Positions 25,816 to 38,209 of a stretch of 64,000 bases of DNA are shown here, piece by piece (position 1 is the stretch's first letter; the number at the start of each line of letters is the position of its first letter). The DNA comes from the human T2T-CHM13v2.0 reference genome, Homo sapiens. The stretch lies in assembly GCF_009914755.1 (NCBI RefSeq), contig NC_060939.1. One strand, given 5' to 3'. The notes below the pieces were generated by a model. The model was not told the origin of the DNA. It saw only the letters and a program-made list of their open reading frames with translations, and ran no database searches. The translations under genes were made by a program, and so were the position numbers.

Positions 25816-26889
25816 AACACAATTTCCTCACCCAGAAGTTCAAAGCTCTCCCCTACAAGATGTCTGCCAGCTCCCAGTGGGCTCACATTCTCCTGATCAC
25901 CACTGACATTAAGCTCCTGCTCACTTTTCTCTTTAACTCTGGAACCTGAAGTGGCAAACCACTAGACTTCCATTTTTACAATTTCACAGGAAGCATTGCA
26001 GAGGGAGGTGGGTTAACTGAAAATGTTTTATAGTAAAGAGACAGACAGAGGCATGCCACATTGCAACATCTCACACATAATGAGACAAAGGAGTAGGAAG
26101 CCTCATTCTTAGAAATTCTTCAGCCACCCCAGCCCCCTAGAGAAAAGATCTTGACCACATCAGCCCATTGTGGTCCCCAGCCTCACACCCTCTGACTGCC
26201 CTCTCTCTCCCTCTCTTCTCCTCTGATCCTCCCTTCCCAGCCCTCCAATGAGTAAAAACCAAATTTTCATGTTCTCATGCATGGCAACTTAACACATCAT
26301 TCCTGTGGCTTGGACTCCTATATGCACCCTCCCCCTCTATCCCAGTGGCTTACCACACTATTATTCCAAAGACAGTTGCCTCTCTATGGGAAACTGTTAC
26401 TAGAGGGTAGGATCAGTAATTTTTCACTCTTACCACATTTGTCTTTCCAATATACAGTAAAGGGGCTCCATGAAGATGGGTCATATGAATGGGCCAGAAG
26501 GGAATCTTGAGACACCCCCTCGCCTGCCATGAGCCATTGCCAATACTCACCTATTTTAAGAGGTGCCTTGGATTCAGATTCAAAGGAATAATTCTCCTGT
26601 AGAAATGGCAGACCAAGTGAAAGGAAAAGTTGCTGTGAAGGCCAGGCAAGTGCAAGACGTGACAGATAAGCACAGCGATTCTCTGTCCATGTGCAAATCA
26701 CATTAGTCTCTGGGCTCAGGTTTGCCAAGAAGAACTTAGACTGAAGTTAGAAGGAATTTTAAATCTCATCTGTAAAATAACTAAGAATGATATGGACCTC
26801 TTGTAAACTGGGGATATTTTTTCATTCCAAATACTATGCCTGGTTGTTGGGTTTTTTTCCAGTCAATCTTGGTAAATTTATTTTATTAA

Positions 26890-27418
<529 letters not shown>

Positions 27419-27898
27419 TAAGTGTTTAATGCTATGAACTTCCCTGTAAATACTGCTCTGGTGGTATTATCATGTTTTGATGTGTAATATTTTCATTAAT
27501 GTTCAATTATAAATATTTTCTAATTTCTATTATAAGTTTTTTAACCCGTGAGTTGTTCAGTGTTCCCTTTTCTAACTTCCAAAATAATGGGAGTTTATAA
27601 TTTCTTTTCATTGTGGTTGTTGATTTCTAACTTACTTGCATTATGGTTAAATAACATGGCCTGTATAATAACACTCCTTTTGAAATTGTTATGGCTTGCT
27701 TCATCACTTTTCTCATGATAAATTTTCATAAATGTTCCACATGTGCTTGAAAAGAACAATGGGCCCTTTCAGAGAGTGGAGGGCGGGGGGCGGGAAAGGA
27801 TCAGGAAAAATAATTAATGGGTACTAAGGTTAATACCTGGATGATAAAATAATCTGTACAACAAACTCCCATGACACCAGTTTAACTGTGTAACAAAC

Positions 27899-30202
27899 TG
27901 ACATGGTTTGACTGTGTCCCCACCCAAATCTCATCTTGAATTGTAACTTCCACAGTTTCCACGTGTCATGGGAGGAACCCAATGGGAAGCAATTCAATAA
28001 TGGGAGCGGGTCTTTCCTGAGCTGTTCTCGTGTTAGTGAATAAGTCTCACAAGATCTGCTGGTTTTAAAAATGGGAGTTTCCCTACACAGGCTCTCTTTT
28101 TGCCTACTGCCATCCATGTAAGATATGACTTGCTACTCCTTGCCTTCTGCCATGATTGTGAGGCCTCCCCAGCCATGTGGAACTGTAAGTCCCATTAAAC
28201 CTTTCTTTTCTAAGTTGCCCAGTCTTGGGTATGTATTTATCAGCAGTGTGAAAACAGACTAATACAGTAAATTGGTACCAGTAGAGTAGGGCGCTGCTGA
28301 AAACATACCCAAAAATATGGAAGAGACTTTGGAACTGGGTAACAGGCAGAGGTTGGAACAGTTTGGAGGGCTCAGAAGAAGACAGGAAAATGTGGGAAAG
28401 TTTGGAACTTCCTAGAGACATATCGAATGGCTTTGAACAAAATGCTGATAGTGATATGGACAATGAAATCCAGGCTGAGGTTGTCTCAGATGAAGATGAG
28501 GAACTTGTTGGGAACTGGAGTAAAAGTGACTCTTGCTATGTTTTAGCAAAGAGACTGGTGGCGTTTTGCCCCTGCCCTAGAGATTTGTGGAACTTTGAAC
28601 TTCAGAGAGATGATTTAGGGTATCTGGCAGAAAAAATGTCAGCATTGAAGAAGTGACTTGGGTGCTGTTAAAAGCATTCAGTTTAAAAGGGAAACAGAGC
28701 ATAAAAGTTTGGAAAATTTGAAGCCTGACAATGTGATAGAAAAGAAAATCCCATTTTCTGAGGAGAAATTCAAGCCTGCTGCAGAAATTTGCATGAGTAA
28801 TGAGGAGCCGAATGTTAATCCCCAAAACAATGGGGAAAATGTTTCCAGGGCATGTCAGAGGTCTTCACAACAGCCCCTCCCATCACAGGCATGGAGGCTT
28901 AGAAAGAAAACATGGTTTCATGAGCCGGGCCCAGGGTCCTGGTGCTGTGTGCAGCCTAGGGACTTGGTGCCCTGCATCCCAGCCACTCCAGCTGTGACTA
29001 AAAGGATCCAAGGTACAGCTTGGGCCATGGCTTCAGAGGGTGCAAGTCCCAAGCCTTGGCAGCTTCCACGTGGTGTTGAGCCTGTGGGTGCACAGAAGTC
29101 AACAATTGAGGTTTGGGAACCTCCACCTAGATTTCAGAGGATGTATAGAAACGCCTGGATGTCCAAGTGGAAGTTTACTGTAGGGGCAGGGCCCTCATGG
29201 AGAACCTCTGCTAGGTCAATACAGAAGGGAAATGTGGGGTTGGAGCCCCCACACACAGTCCCTACTGGGGCACCACCTAGTGGAGCTGTGATAAGAGGTC
29301 CACCGTCCTCCAGACCCCAGAATGGTAGATCCACTGATAGCCTGCACCATGGGCTTGAAAAAGCCACAGACACTCAATGCCAGCCTGTGAAAGCAGCCAG
29401 GAGGGAGGCGTTACCCTGCAAAGCCACAGGAGTGGAGCTGCCCAAGACCATAGGAACCCACCTTTTGCATCAGCATGACCTGGATGTTAGACATGGAGTC
29501 AAAGGAGATCATTCTGGAGCTTTAAGATTTGACTGCCCTGCTGGATTTTGGACTTGCATGGGGCCTGTAGTCCCTTTGGTTTGGCCGATTTCTCCCATTT
29601 GGAATGGTTGTATTTACCCAATGCCTGTACTCCCATTGTATCTAGGAAGTAACTAATTTGCTTTTGATTTTACAGGCTCATAGGTGGAAGGGACTTGCCT
29701 TGTCTCAGATGAGACATTGGACTGTGGACTTCTGAATTAATGCTGAAATGAGTTAAGACTCTGGGGGACTGTTGGGAAGGCATGACTGGTTTTGAAATGT
29801 GAGGACTTGAGATTTAGGAGAAGCCAGGGGCAGAATGATATGGTTTGCGTCCCCAACCAAATCTCTTGTTGAATTGTAACTTCCACAATTCCCATGTGTT
29901 GTGGGAGGAACCCAGTGTGAGGTGATTGAATTATATGGGCGGGTCTTTCCTGCTCTGTTCTCGTGATAGTGAATAAGTCTCACGAGAGCTGATGGTTTTA
30001 AAAACGGAAGTTTCCCTACACAAGCTCTCTTTTTGCCTGCTGCTATTCATGTAAGATGCAGCTTGCTCCTCCTTGCCTTCCACCATGATTGTGAGGCCTC
30101 CCCAGCCATGTGAAACTGTAAGTCCCATTAAACCTCTTTCTTTTGTAGATTGCCCAGTCTTGGGTATGTCTTTATCAGCAGCATGAAAACAGACTAAATA
30201 CA
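27899..30202 (+). mobile_element. Full-length THE1 (A/B) MaLR: 5' LTR 27899-28266, internal 28267-29835, 3' LTR 29836-30202
   Basis: Two LTRs TG...CA, internal sequence starting gtaaattggtaccag, perfect 5-bp TSD CAAAC. Confidence 0.97.
28363..29656 (+). pseudogene. THE1-int MaLR ORF remnant (97 aa + 332 aa, frameshifted)
   Basis: EGSEEDRKMWESLELPRD... and ...HLLHQHDLDVRHGVKGDH... are typical MaLR internal ORF translations. Confidence 0.8.
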
Positions 30203-33104
30203 CAAACCTGCACATGTACCCTGAACTTAAAAAACAAAAAAGAAAAGAATGTGTTCTCTATTTGTGTGTAAAAGTCTATTAGGGCAAACTTCATCTTTGT
30301 GTTGTTCAAATACTCTAAATTTTTGTTAATTTTTTAATCGCACAGATTAATAAGAGAAGAAAATTAAAATCTATTTTGACTGTGAATTTGTAAGTTTTTT
30401 CTTATAGTTCTGGCAATTTTTGCTTTACATATTTTAATGTTATTTTTATTAGGTTTATTTTGGTTTAGAATTGTTACATCTTCCTAGTGAAGAATGTCCT
30501 ATCATTATGTAATGGAACTGTAAGTCTGAAGTTATCCTTTTTTCCTTAAATACTATTTTTCTTCTATTAATATCACCACATCATTTATGTTCTTTGGCTT
30601 AGTATTTGCCTGGTATATATCTTTCTAGCCTTTTACATTCAGCTTTTATGTATGCTTATATTTTAGTTATGTCTCTTGTAAAAAGCATATAAACTGAATT
30701 TTGCTTATTTAAAAAATAACTCCAAAAATCCTTGTCTTTTACCAGAAATTTTAGTTACTTTACATTTATTGTGACTGTTGGCATATTTTGATTTATTTTT
30801 GTTATCTTATTTTGTACTGTACACATTTGTCCCATTTTTTTCTCTTTTTCTTATTTGGTTTCTCTTTCCTTGTCATTTTTTTGGTGGAGGGAGGGTGATT
30901 GACTTGTTTTTCTCACTCAATTTTTTACCTCTGTTATTATAGTAGCTACCCTAGAAAGTTCAACAAGTATGTTTAATAGTGTCTAAAGCTAATTAGTATC
31001 CTTACCCCTTTTCTGAAAAATTCATGGATTTTTAAATACTTAACTCTGATTACACCTCCCAACTTGCAAGTTACTGGGATCTACTTTTTATCCTATTTTT
31101 CCTTTAGCCAAAAAATAGACATTATGTCTTATTTTATACAATCATTGCATATTTAGATATGACCATACATGTTCACCAATTTCTTGCCTCTTAATTCCTC
31201 TTTGTATATCATATCTGAGATCTGGGATCACGTCTGAGATCACATTCCTTCTATAGGAAGTATATTATTTTAGAATTTCCTTAAGTGAAGATTTGCTGGT
31301 TTCAACTTCTTCATTTTTTTGTCTAAAAATGACTTTATTTTGGCCTCCCATTTAAAAGATATTTTTGCTGACTATTGTATACTCAGTATTGTGTATAAAA
31401 CTGTATTTTAGACTGTTATTTTCTTTCAACAATTTTTCTATTATCTTCTGGTTTTTATTCCCCTTGCAAGGGTAATTGTTTTGTAGGTAATTCATCTTTT
31501 TCTGGCTGCTTTTGTAATCTTTTCTTTGTCTTTGGTGTTCTGCATTTTTCCAATGATATGTCTAGGGGTAAATTTCTTATCCTGCTTGAAATTCAGAGCA
31601 TCCTAGTTCTAAAGTTTACTGTCTTTCAACAATTCTGGAGAATTCTCAGCTATGATTTTTCTATCTTCTCTTCTGAAACTCTGATTAGAGATTACTCATC
31701 TTCCATGTTGCTTAACTTTCCTTTCATACTTTCTGTTGTCTTTTCTCTCTGGGATACATTCTAGGTAATTACTTCGGATCTATCATCTAGTTCATAATTC
31801 TCTCTTCAGCTGCTTCTAGTATATCACCCATCTACTCAAATTTTAGATTTCAATTGCTGTTTCTTATTCCTGAAAGTTTTATTTGGTTCTTTTATAATTC
31901 ATCTTGGTTCTTCCTTTGATATTCTATTTTCTTTTTTCCCTTTTCAAAGTACTTATGTTCTTTTATCTCTTTCTTCGCTTATTTTCAAGTATCTCTTTCA
32001 TTTCTATAAATGTATTAAACATACTTCCTTAATACTCTGTATCCATTAATTCTGATATGAAAGTCTTTTCTGGACTAATTCTGCTGTCTGTTTTTTCTGC
32101 TGGCTCTTGCTCATGGTGTAATTTTTCATGCCTATTTTTTGATTTTTGACTGTGAGCAGAAATTCATTGGAATTTTATCTGTGGGGATTCTTTGAGCCTA
32201 GGGTTGAAGTTGTGTTCCTCTGGATACTTTACATTTGCTTCTGCCAGCAATTCAAACCTAAGACTGCTTTAAATTCAATTCTCTGTTTAAGGTATTTCAG
32301 ACCATATAAGCAGAATGAATTTGGGCTGCAGACCTACAGGGCCAGCCTGCAATTATAATTTCACAAAGAATACTTTTTCTTTCCACCCAGTGTCCAGTCT
32401 TGTCAGGCAAGGGCAAGTGTGCCTGCTGTCCCCTCCTTCCTGGACATTAGACATTTACCTTTACATTAGAGACACAGCCCTTTTGAGTCCCAGCTCTATG
32501 TGAGGGTCTCTATTAGATTTATCAGCCTGAGTGGAATTAACATTTTACCTCCCATACCATACCCAGCTTTCAAAAACTGAAGTTCAAGGCCATTGTTTTT
32601 GGCATATACCTTCAAGGTGAACTGGCTTTTCTGCTAGCTTACTTATCTGCCTTCCCTGTTATTGTTATGACTGTCGTTGTTATTTGTCTTCTTTTTCTTT
32701 TGTTTCTGTGCATTCATTATTTTCTTATCTGCTCAGCTCTTCATTTAAAATCTTTTTTTTTGTTCAAAACCATTTATCCAGTTGTCTTTTTTTCTTAACT
32801 GTTTTCTTCTTCTAGGATATAATTCAATGTGTCCAATTCACCAAACTCCCTGAAACAAAGTCTGGAAACATTTTTGGATTGGGCATAGTTGTCCCCAGAT
32901 GGATTCATGATTCACATTATCTTCACCACCTAGGTCCCACAATCACCGCAGTGACTTTATCGCATTGCTTTCATGCCTCCCTCAGCTTTACTAACACCAG
33001 ACCCTGTGGATGACAAGTGACTTTTATCTTGTCTTTGAGGAGCCCAGGAACTGCACTAAAATTGCAGAAATAACAAAGTTCTTCAGAACATCTTGTAATA
33101 GTGA

Positions 33105-33350
33105 TCATGATAGCTAACTTTTAGTGGGCACTTCTGAATGCCAGGCATTATGCTAAATGTTTTGTGTGCATTATCCCATTTCATCACCACAACTGCACTA
33201 TGAGGTAACACAATTATTATACCCATTTAAAATATAAAGAAACTGAAGTACAAGTGGTTACATAAATCACCCAATGTCACCAGCCAGGCAGGGCTGAAGT
33301 TTGAACCTCAGTCTGTCTGACTCAGAACCAGAGCTCTTAAACACTGGCTA
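33105..33350 (-). mobile_element. MIR
   Basis: atagctaacttttagtgggcactt...gaaactgaagtaca...tttgaacctcagtctgtctgact. Confidence 0.85.
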
Positions 33351-33589
33351 AACTGTATGAGTAATGGCTCTTTGGCCACAATGATCAACAACTCACAAAG
33401 TGGGTGAGACTAGTATGGGGGGGAGGGGTGGCTGCAATGGAGCCAAAAGCCCATTGATCCCAGAGCACCTTCAGCCTTCAGAAGTCTTTAAAACTAGAGA
33501 TGTATTCTTTTAGAGTAAGGCATTGTGTCTTCAACCTTTTACTTCCAGAATTGGCAGCACAGAATGATTATTAAAGGAAGACAGAAAAA

Positions 33590-33785
33590 AGACTATTAGG
33601 TATGTGCCTTTGCTATGTACCAGATACTGAGCCAGGTGCCTCCACATCAACCCTGTGAAAAGAATATTCTTACCACATTTTGCAGATGGAACAATTGCAG
33701 CTCTCAGAAGTTAAATGTCTTACGATGAGTGGGCCCAAGATTCAGATCCAGAACTTATTTTAAGCCCATGGTCTGTCTTCTACAC
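33590..33785 (-). mobile_element. MIR
   Basis: cattttgcagatggaacaattgcagctc core. Confidence 0.6.
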
Positions 33786-34356
33786 AATACCGAAGATATT
33801 GAGGCAAAGGAATGAGATGTTAGCCACAAAGGTATGAGGATGAAAAGAGAATCAGAGAGACCAGGCAACCATCAATTAGGGGTTTGAGGTCAGCCATTGC
33901 CCCCAGACTACATATTGACAAGGAAAGGAAGGACACTTTTGCTAAGGACTGATCTTCCCCAGAGGAACTGCTTGGCTGGAGCCTGTTCAGCCTTGGTGTC
34001 CCTGGGAGAGGAGAGAGGCAGTCCTGCCCACAAAAGCAAGTGGGTGCTCTCTGGGACACCCACAGGTGCCCTCAGCCTCAACGGGATATCCAGGTGGTGT
34101 CAAGCGCTCCCAGGGAAGCATGGATTCTGTCCTCACTCTCAAGTCACTCGTAGTCCATGAGCAGCTGGACAGAGGCCAGGAAAGGCATCTACAGGGGCAG
34201 GAATCTGCAGAGATTCAGCACATACCATTCAAGGGCTGGACAGGCAGCAGTCGGATGCTGTTTGGCACAGCTGAGACAAAAGCTTCACGGAAAAGGGCCA
34301 TTTCATTGTAGTTTAAATTATTTTTTATTTTAATATGCAAGGAAGAATACAGAATG

Positions 34357-34655
34357 GGACCAGGCACGGTGGCTCATGCCTGTAATTCCAGCACTTTGGG
34401 AGCCCAGGCTGGCAGATCACTTGAGGTCAGGAGTTTAAGACTAGCCTGGCCAACACAGTGAAACCTGTCTCTACTAAAAATACAAAAATTAGCCCAGCAT
34501 GGTGGTGGTCGCCTGTAATCCCAGCTACTCAGGAGGCTGAGGCATGAGAATCACTTGAACCCAGGAGGCAGAGATCACAGTGAGCCAAGATTGCGCCATT
34601 GCACTCCAGCCTGGGTGACAGAGCAAGACCCTGTCTCATAAAAAAAGAAAAAAGA
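34357..34655 (+). mobile_element. AluS
   Basis: Full dimer; TSD aagaatacagaatgg. Confidence 0.95.
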
Positions 34656-34849
34656 AAGAATACAGAATGGGAGGAATGACTACTCTGACAAATGGTAACA
34701 AAAATAATGCTAACCTTTAAAGAGCCAGTGTGCGCCAGGCATGATGGTAAGCATTTTACATGAAGAGGATATTCCACATTTTGAAATCCCTACAGCCAGT
34801 GCTTAGAGCTGATATGAAGGAGAGACCAGATTACATGGTAATTTCTAAA

Positions 34850-35000
34850 GCCTGAATTTTAATTCCAGCTGCAGCATTAATAACTGTGTGACATCAGGCA
34901 AGTAACTTAACCTCTCTTGGCCTCAGTTTCCGCATCTGTAAAATGGGTTTATACTATATCTGCCTCTCTCGGTTATTTTAAAGATTAAATAATTCATGTG
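34850..35000 (+). mobile_element. MIR
   Basis: ggcaagtaacttaacctctcttggcctcagtttccgcatctgtaaaatggg. Confidence 0.85.
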
Positions 35001-36159
35001 TAGAATTTCCACAAATCAAGCATTACAAAAAATACTTGTTATTGGTAATATTGGTTATAATAGTAATTAATATTACAATAACTTTTATATCTAGGAATCT
35101 GTGTCGACAAATTTGGGCAAAAAGGAAATATTTTATTTACCAGCCTGGGTGGAAGATTACTGTGCCTATTTTCCATAATTTAGCTTAAATGCTAAGTCTA
35201 TACACCCTCTTCCCTTCTGCCAAGCTGGAAGATGTTTTAACCCCAGCCATTACTGGGGTCTCACTTCCTCCTCCCATGGGGCCTGAGGCACTGGGCATGG
35301 TGGGAGGAGGCTCTGGTCATCTGCCCACATAGACTTCCTCTGAGATGTATCTAGAAGCCTTCGCTGCTAGGACCCGCAAGGTTGGAACTCCCTAGCATCC
35401 CATGTACCCTGAAGTCAATCCTCCCCAGGGTGCGACACTGCCCAGAAGTAGGCCTGGCTAGGACACAAGAGCCTTTCTCATAACCAGCCTCCAATGCCAA
35501 GGAATTCTTCCCAGCCTCTTCTCCTGAGACACCAACTTGACTCTCAACCTCCCTTCCTTTCACCTCCCCCTCAGGCCCTCTGACCTTCTGCAGACTTGGC
35601 TTTGCATAGCAGAAGCCTTATAGAGATTTCTTTTTCCCACCTGGCCACGTAGCTCCCAGGAGGCATTGAAGTGCACAGTTACCTCCCTGCTTGACTGGGG
35701 GACAGGAAAGAGGGAAACCCAGCCAGGTACTGACACCATCTTCCCTCCTGTGGCCTCACCTGTTTGCAGAGCCTTTCTTCAGCTCCAGCTTGGCGGCTCC
35801 TCAGAATCAGCATTTCCAAGCTCAGCCTCATGATCACCCTAAAGCATTTTCCTCTTTAGACCCTATGGCTGCCATGCACCCTTGCCCAGCAGATAGAGAT
35901 GCCGGCCACCTGAGAAGAAAATGATTAGAGTAGCCTTTCCCTGCAGGAAAGAGTAGGATTAGAGTAGCTCCCCAGCCACCCGCTAGGCTCAGGCCTCCCA
36001 CTGCAGCCCTGGCCAGTCATGTTCAGCCCCTGATCTTTCTGCTTCCATGTGCCGCTTCTCACTTCCACCCACAGACCCTACCAAATTGTCCTACATTGGC
36101 TCTTAGCATTGAGTCTTCCTAGTCCACAGACTTCACCTGGTTCCTCAGCTACCTACTGA

Positions 36160-37372
36160 AGACCCAAAACTGATTCTAAAGTTTATATGGAGAAGCAAAA
36201 GACTGAACAGCTATACAGTATTGGAGGAGAGCAAAAGTGAGAGAACTTAAACTTACTGACTTCAATTCTTACTATAAAGCTACAGTAATTGCAGTAGTGT
36301 GGTATTGATGAAATAACAGACAAACAGATCAATGGGACAAAATAGAAAAATAGATCCACATAAATACAGTCAACTGATCTTTGACAAAGGAGCAAAGAAG
36401 CTATACAATCAAGAAAATATGTCTTTACAACAAATTGTGTTGGAACAACTGGGTATCCACATGCAGAAATATGAATGTAGACACAGAGCTTCCATCCCTA
36501 AGAAAAATTAACTCAAAGTAGATCATAGACCCAAATGTAAGGTGCAAAGTTGTAAAACTCTCAGGAGATAACACAGGAAAAAATCCAGATAACCTTGGGT
36601 TTCATGATGACTTTTTAGTTATAATACCAAAGGCACAATCCATGAAAGAAATAATTGATGAGCTGGGCTTCATTAAAATTTCTGCTCTGCCAAAGAAGAC
36701 ACAGTCAAGAGAACAAGGAAACCAGCCACAAACTGGGAGAAAATATTTGCAAAGGACAGATCTGATAAAATACTGTTATCTAAAATACACAAAGAAATCT
36801 TAAAACTCAACAATCAGAAAATGAACAATCCAGTTAAAAACTAGGCAAAAGAGCTGAACAGACACTTTGCCAAAAAAGACATACAGATGAAAAACAAGCA
36901 AATGAAAAGATGTTCATATCATATGTCATTAGGGAATTGCAAATTAAAACAACAGTGAGATGCCACTACACATGTATTAGAATGGCAAAAATCTGCAACA
37001 CTGACACCACTGAATGCTGATGAGGATATGGAGCAACAGGAACTCCCATTCATTGCTGGTTGGAATGCAAATTAGTAAAGCCACTTTGGAATACTGTTGC
37101 AGTTTCTTATAAAACTAAACATACCCTTACTATATGATCCATCAGTCGTAGTCCTTGGCATTTATTCAAATGAATTGAAATTTTATGTGCACATGAAAAC
37201 ACAGATGTTTATAGCAGCTTTATTCATAATTGTCAAAACTCTTAGAAGCAACCAAGATGTCCTTCAGTAGGTGAATGGATAAATAAACTGGCACATCCAG
37301 ACAATGGACTATAATTTAGTGCTTTAAAAAGTGAACTTTTTACTTGAAAAGTACATGGAGTGGCCTTAAGTT

Positions 37373-37427
<55 letters not shown>

Positions 37428-38200
37428 TTTCGAGATGGAGTTTTGCTCTTGTCACCCAGCCTGGAGTGCAGTGGCACAATCTCGGCTCACTGCAACCTCC
37501 ACCTCCTAGGTTCAAGTAATTCTCCTGCCTCAGCCTTCTAAGTAGCTGGGATTACAGGTGCCCACCACCACGCCCAGCTAATTTTTGTATTTTTAGTAGA
37601 GACGAGGTTTCACCATGTTAGCCACACTGGTCTCAAACTCCTGACCTCAGGTGATCCATGCACCTCGGCCTCCCAAACTGCTGGGATTAGAGGCGTGAGC
37701 CACCACCCCCAGCCTAGTGCATGTTACTAAGTGAGAAAAGTCAATCTGAAAAGGCTACAGACTGCATGATTTTATAGATGACATTCTGGAGAAGGCAAAA
37801 CCATGGAGACAGTAAAATGATCAGTGGTTGTTAGGAGGGTAAGAAGGGAAGGAAGGATGACTAGACAGAGCACGAAGGATTTTGAGGATGGTGAACTATC
37901 CTATATGATGCTATAATGGTGGATACATGTCATTATCTATTTGTCAAACCCCAGAGAATGTACAGCACCAAGAATGAGCCCTGATGTAAACTATGGACTT
38001 TGGGTGAAAATGGCATGTCACTGTAGGTTCATAGATTATAACAGAGATCTCTGTAGTGGGGGATGTTTTTAGTTGGGGGGCTGTACATGTGTGGGGGTGG
38101 AGGTTATCTGGGAACTCTCTGTACTCTCAATTTTTTTTTTTTTTTGTGAACCTTAAACTACTCTAAAAAAGAAACTACTCTATTACAAAGAAAGAAAAGA
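36160..38200 (+). mobile_element. L1MC (ORF2 3' end and 3' UTR)
   Basis: ctgatctttgacaaagg...tgtaaactatggactttgggtga, ending in an A-rich tail. Confidence 0.85.
37375..37714 (-). mobile_element. AluS with a (CA)n(TA)n tail
   Basis: Antisense dimer inserted in L1MC. Confidence 0.93.
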
Positions 38201-38209
38201 AAAGAAAGT

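Larger units (their letters stand above)
27760..30245 (+). mobile_element. L1PA (older) 3'-end fragment split by THE1 (27760-27898 and 30203-30245)
   Basis: ggatcaggaaaaataattaatgggtact...tgtaacaaac|THE1|caaacctgcacatgtaccctgaacttaaaa; TSD about gaaaagaa. Confidence 0.85.
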
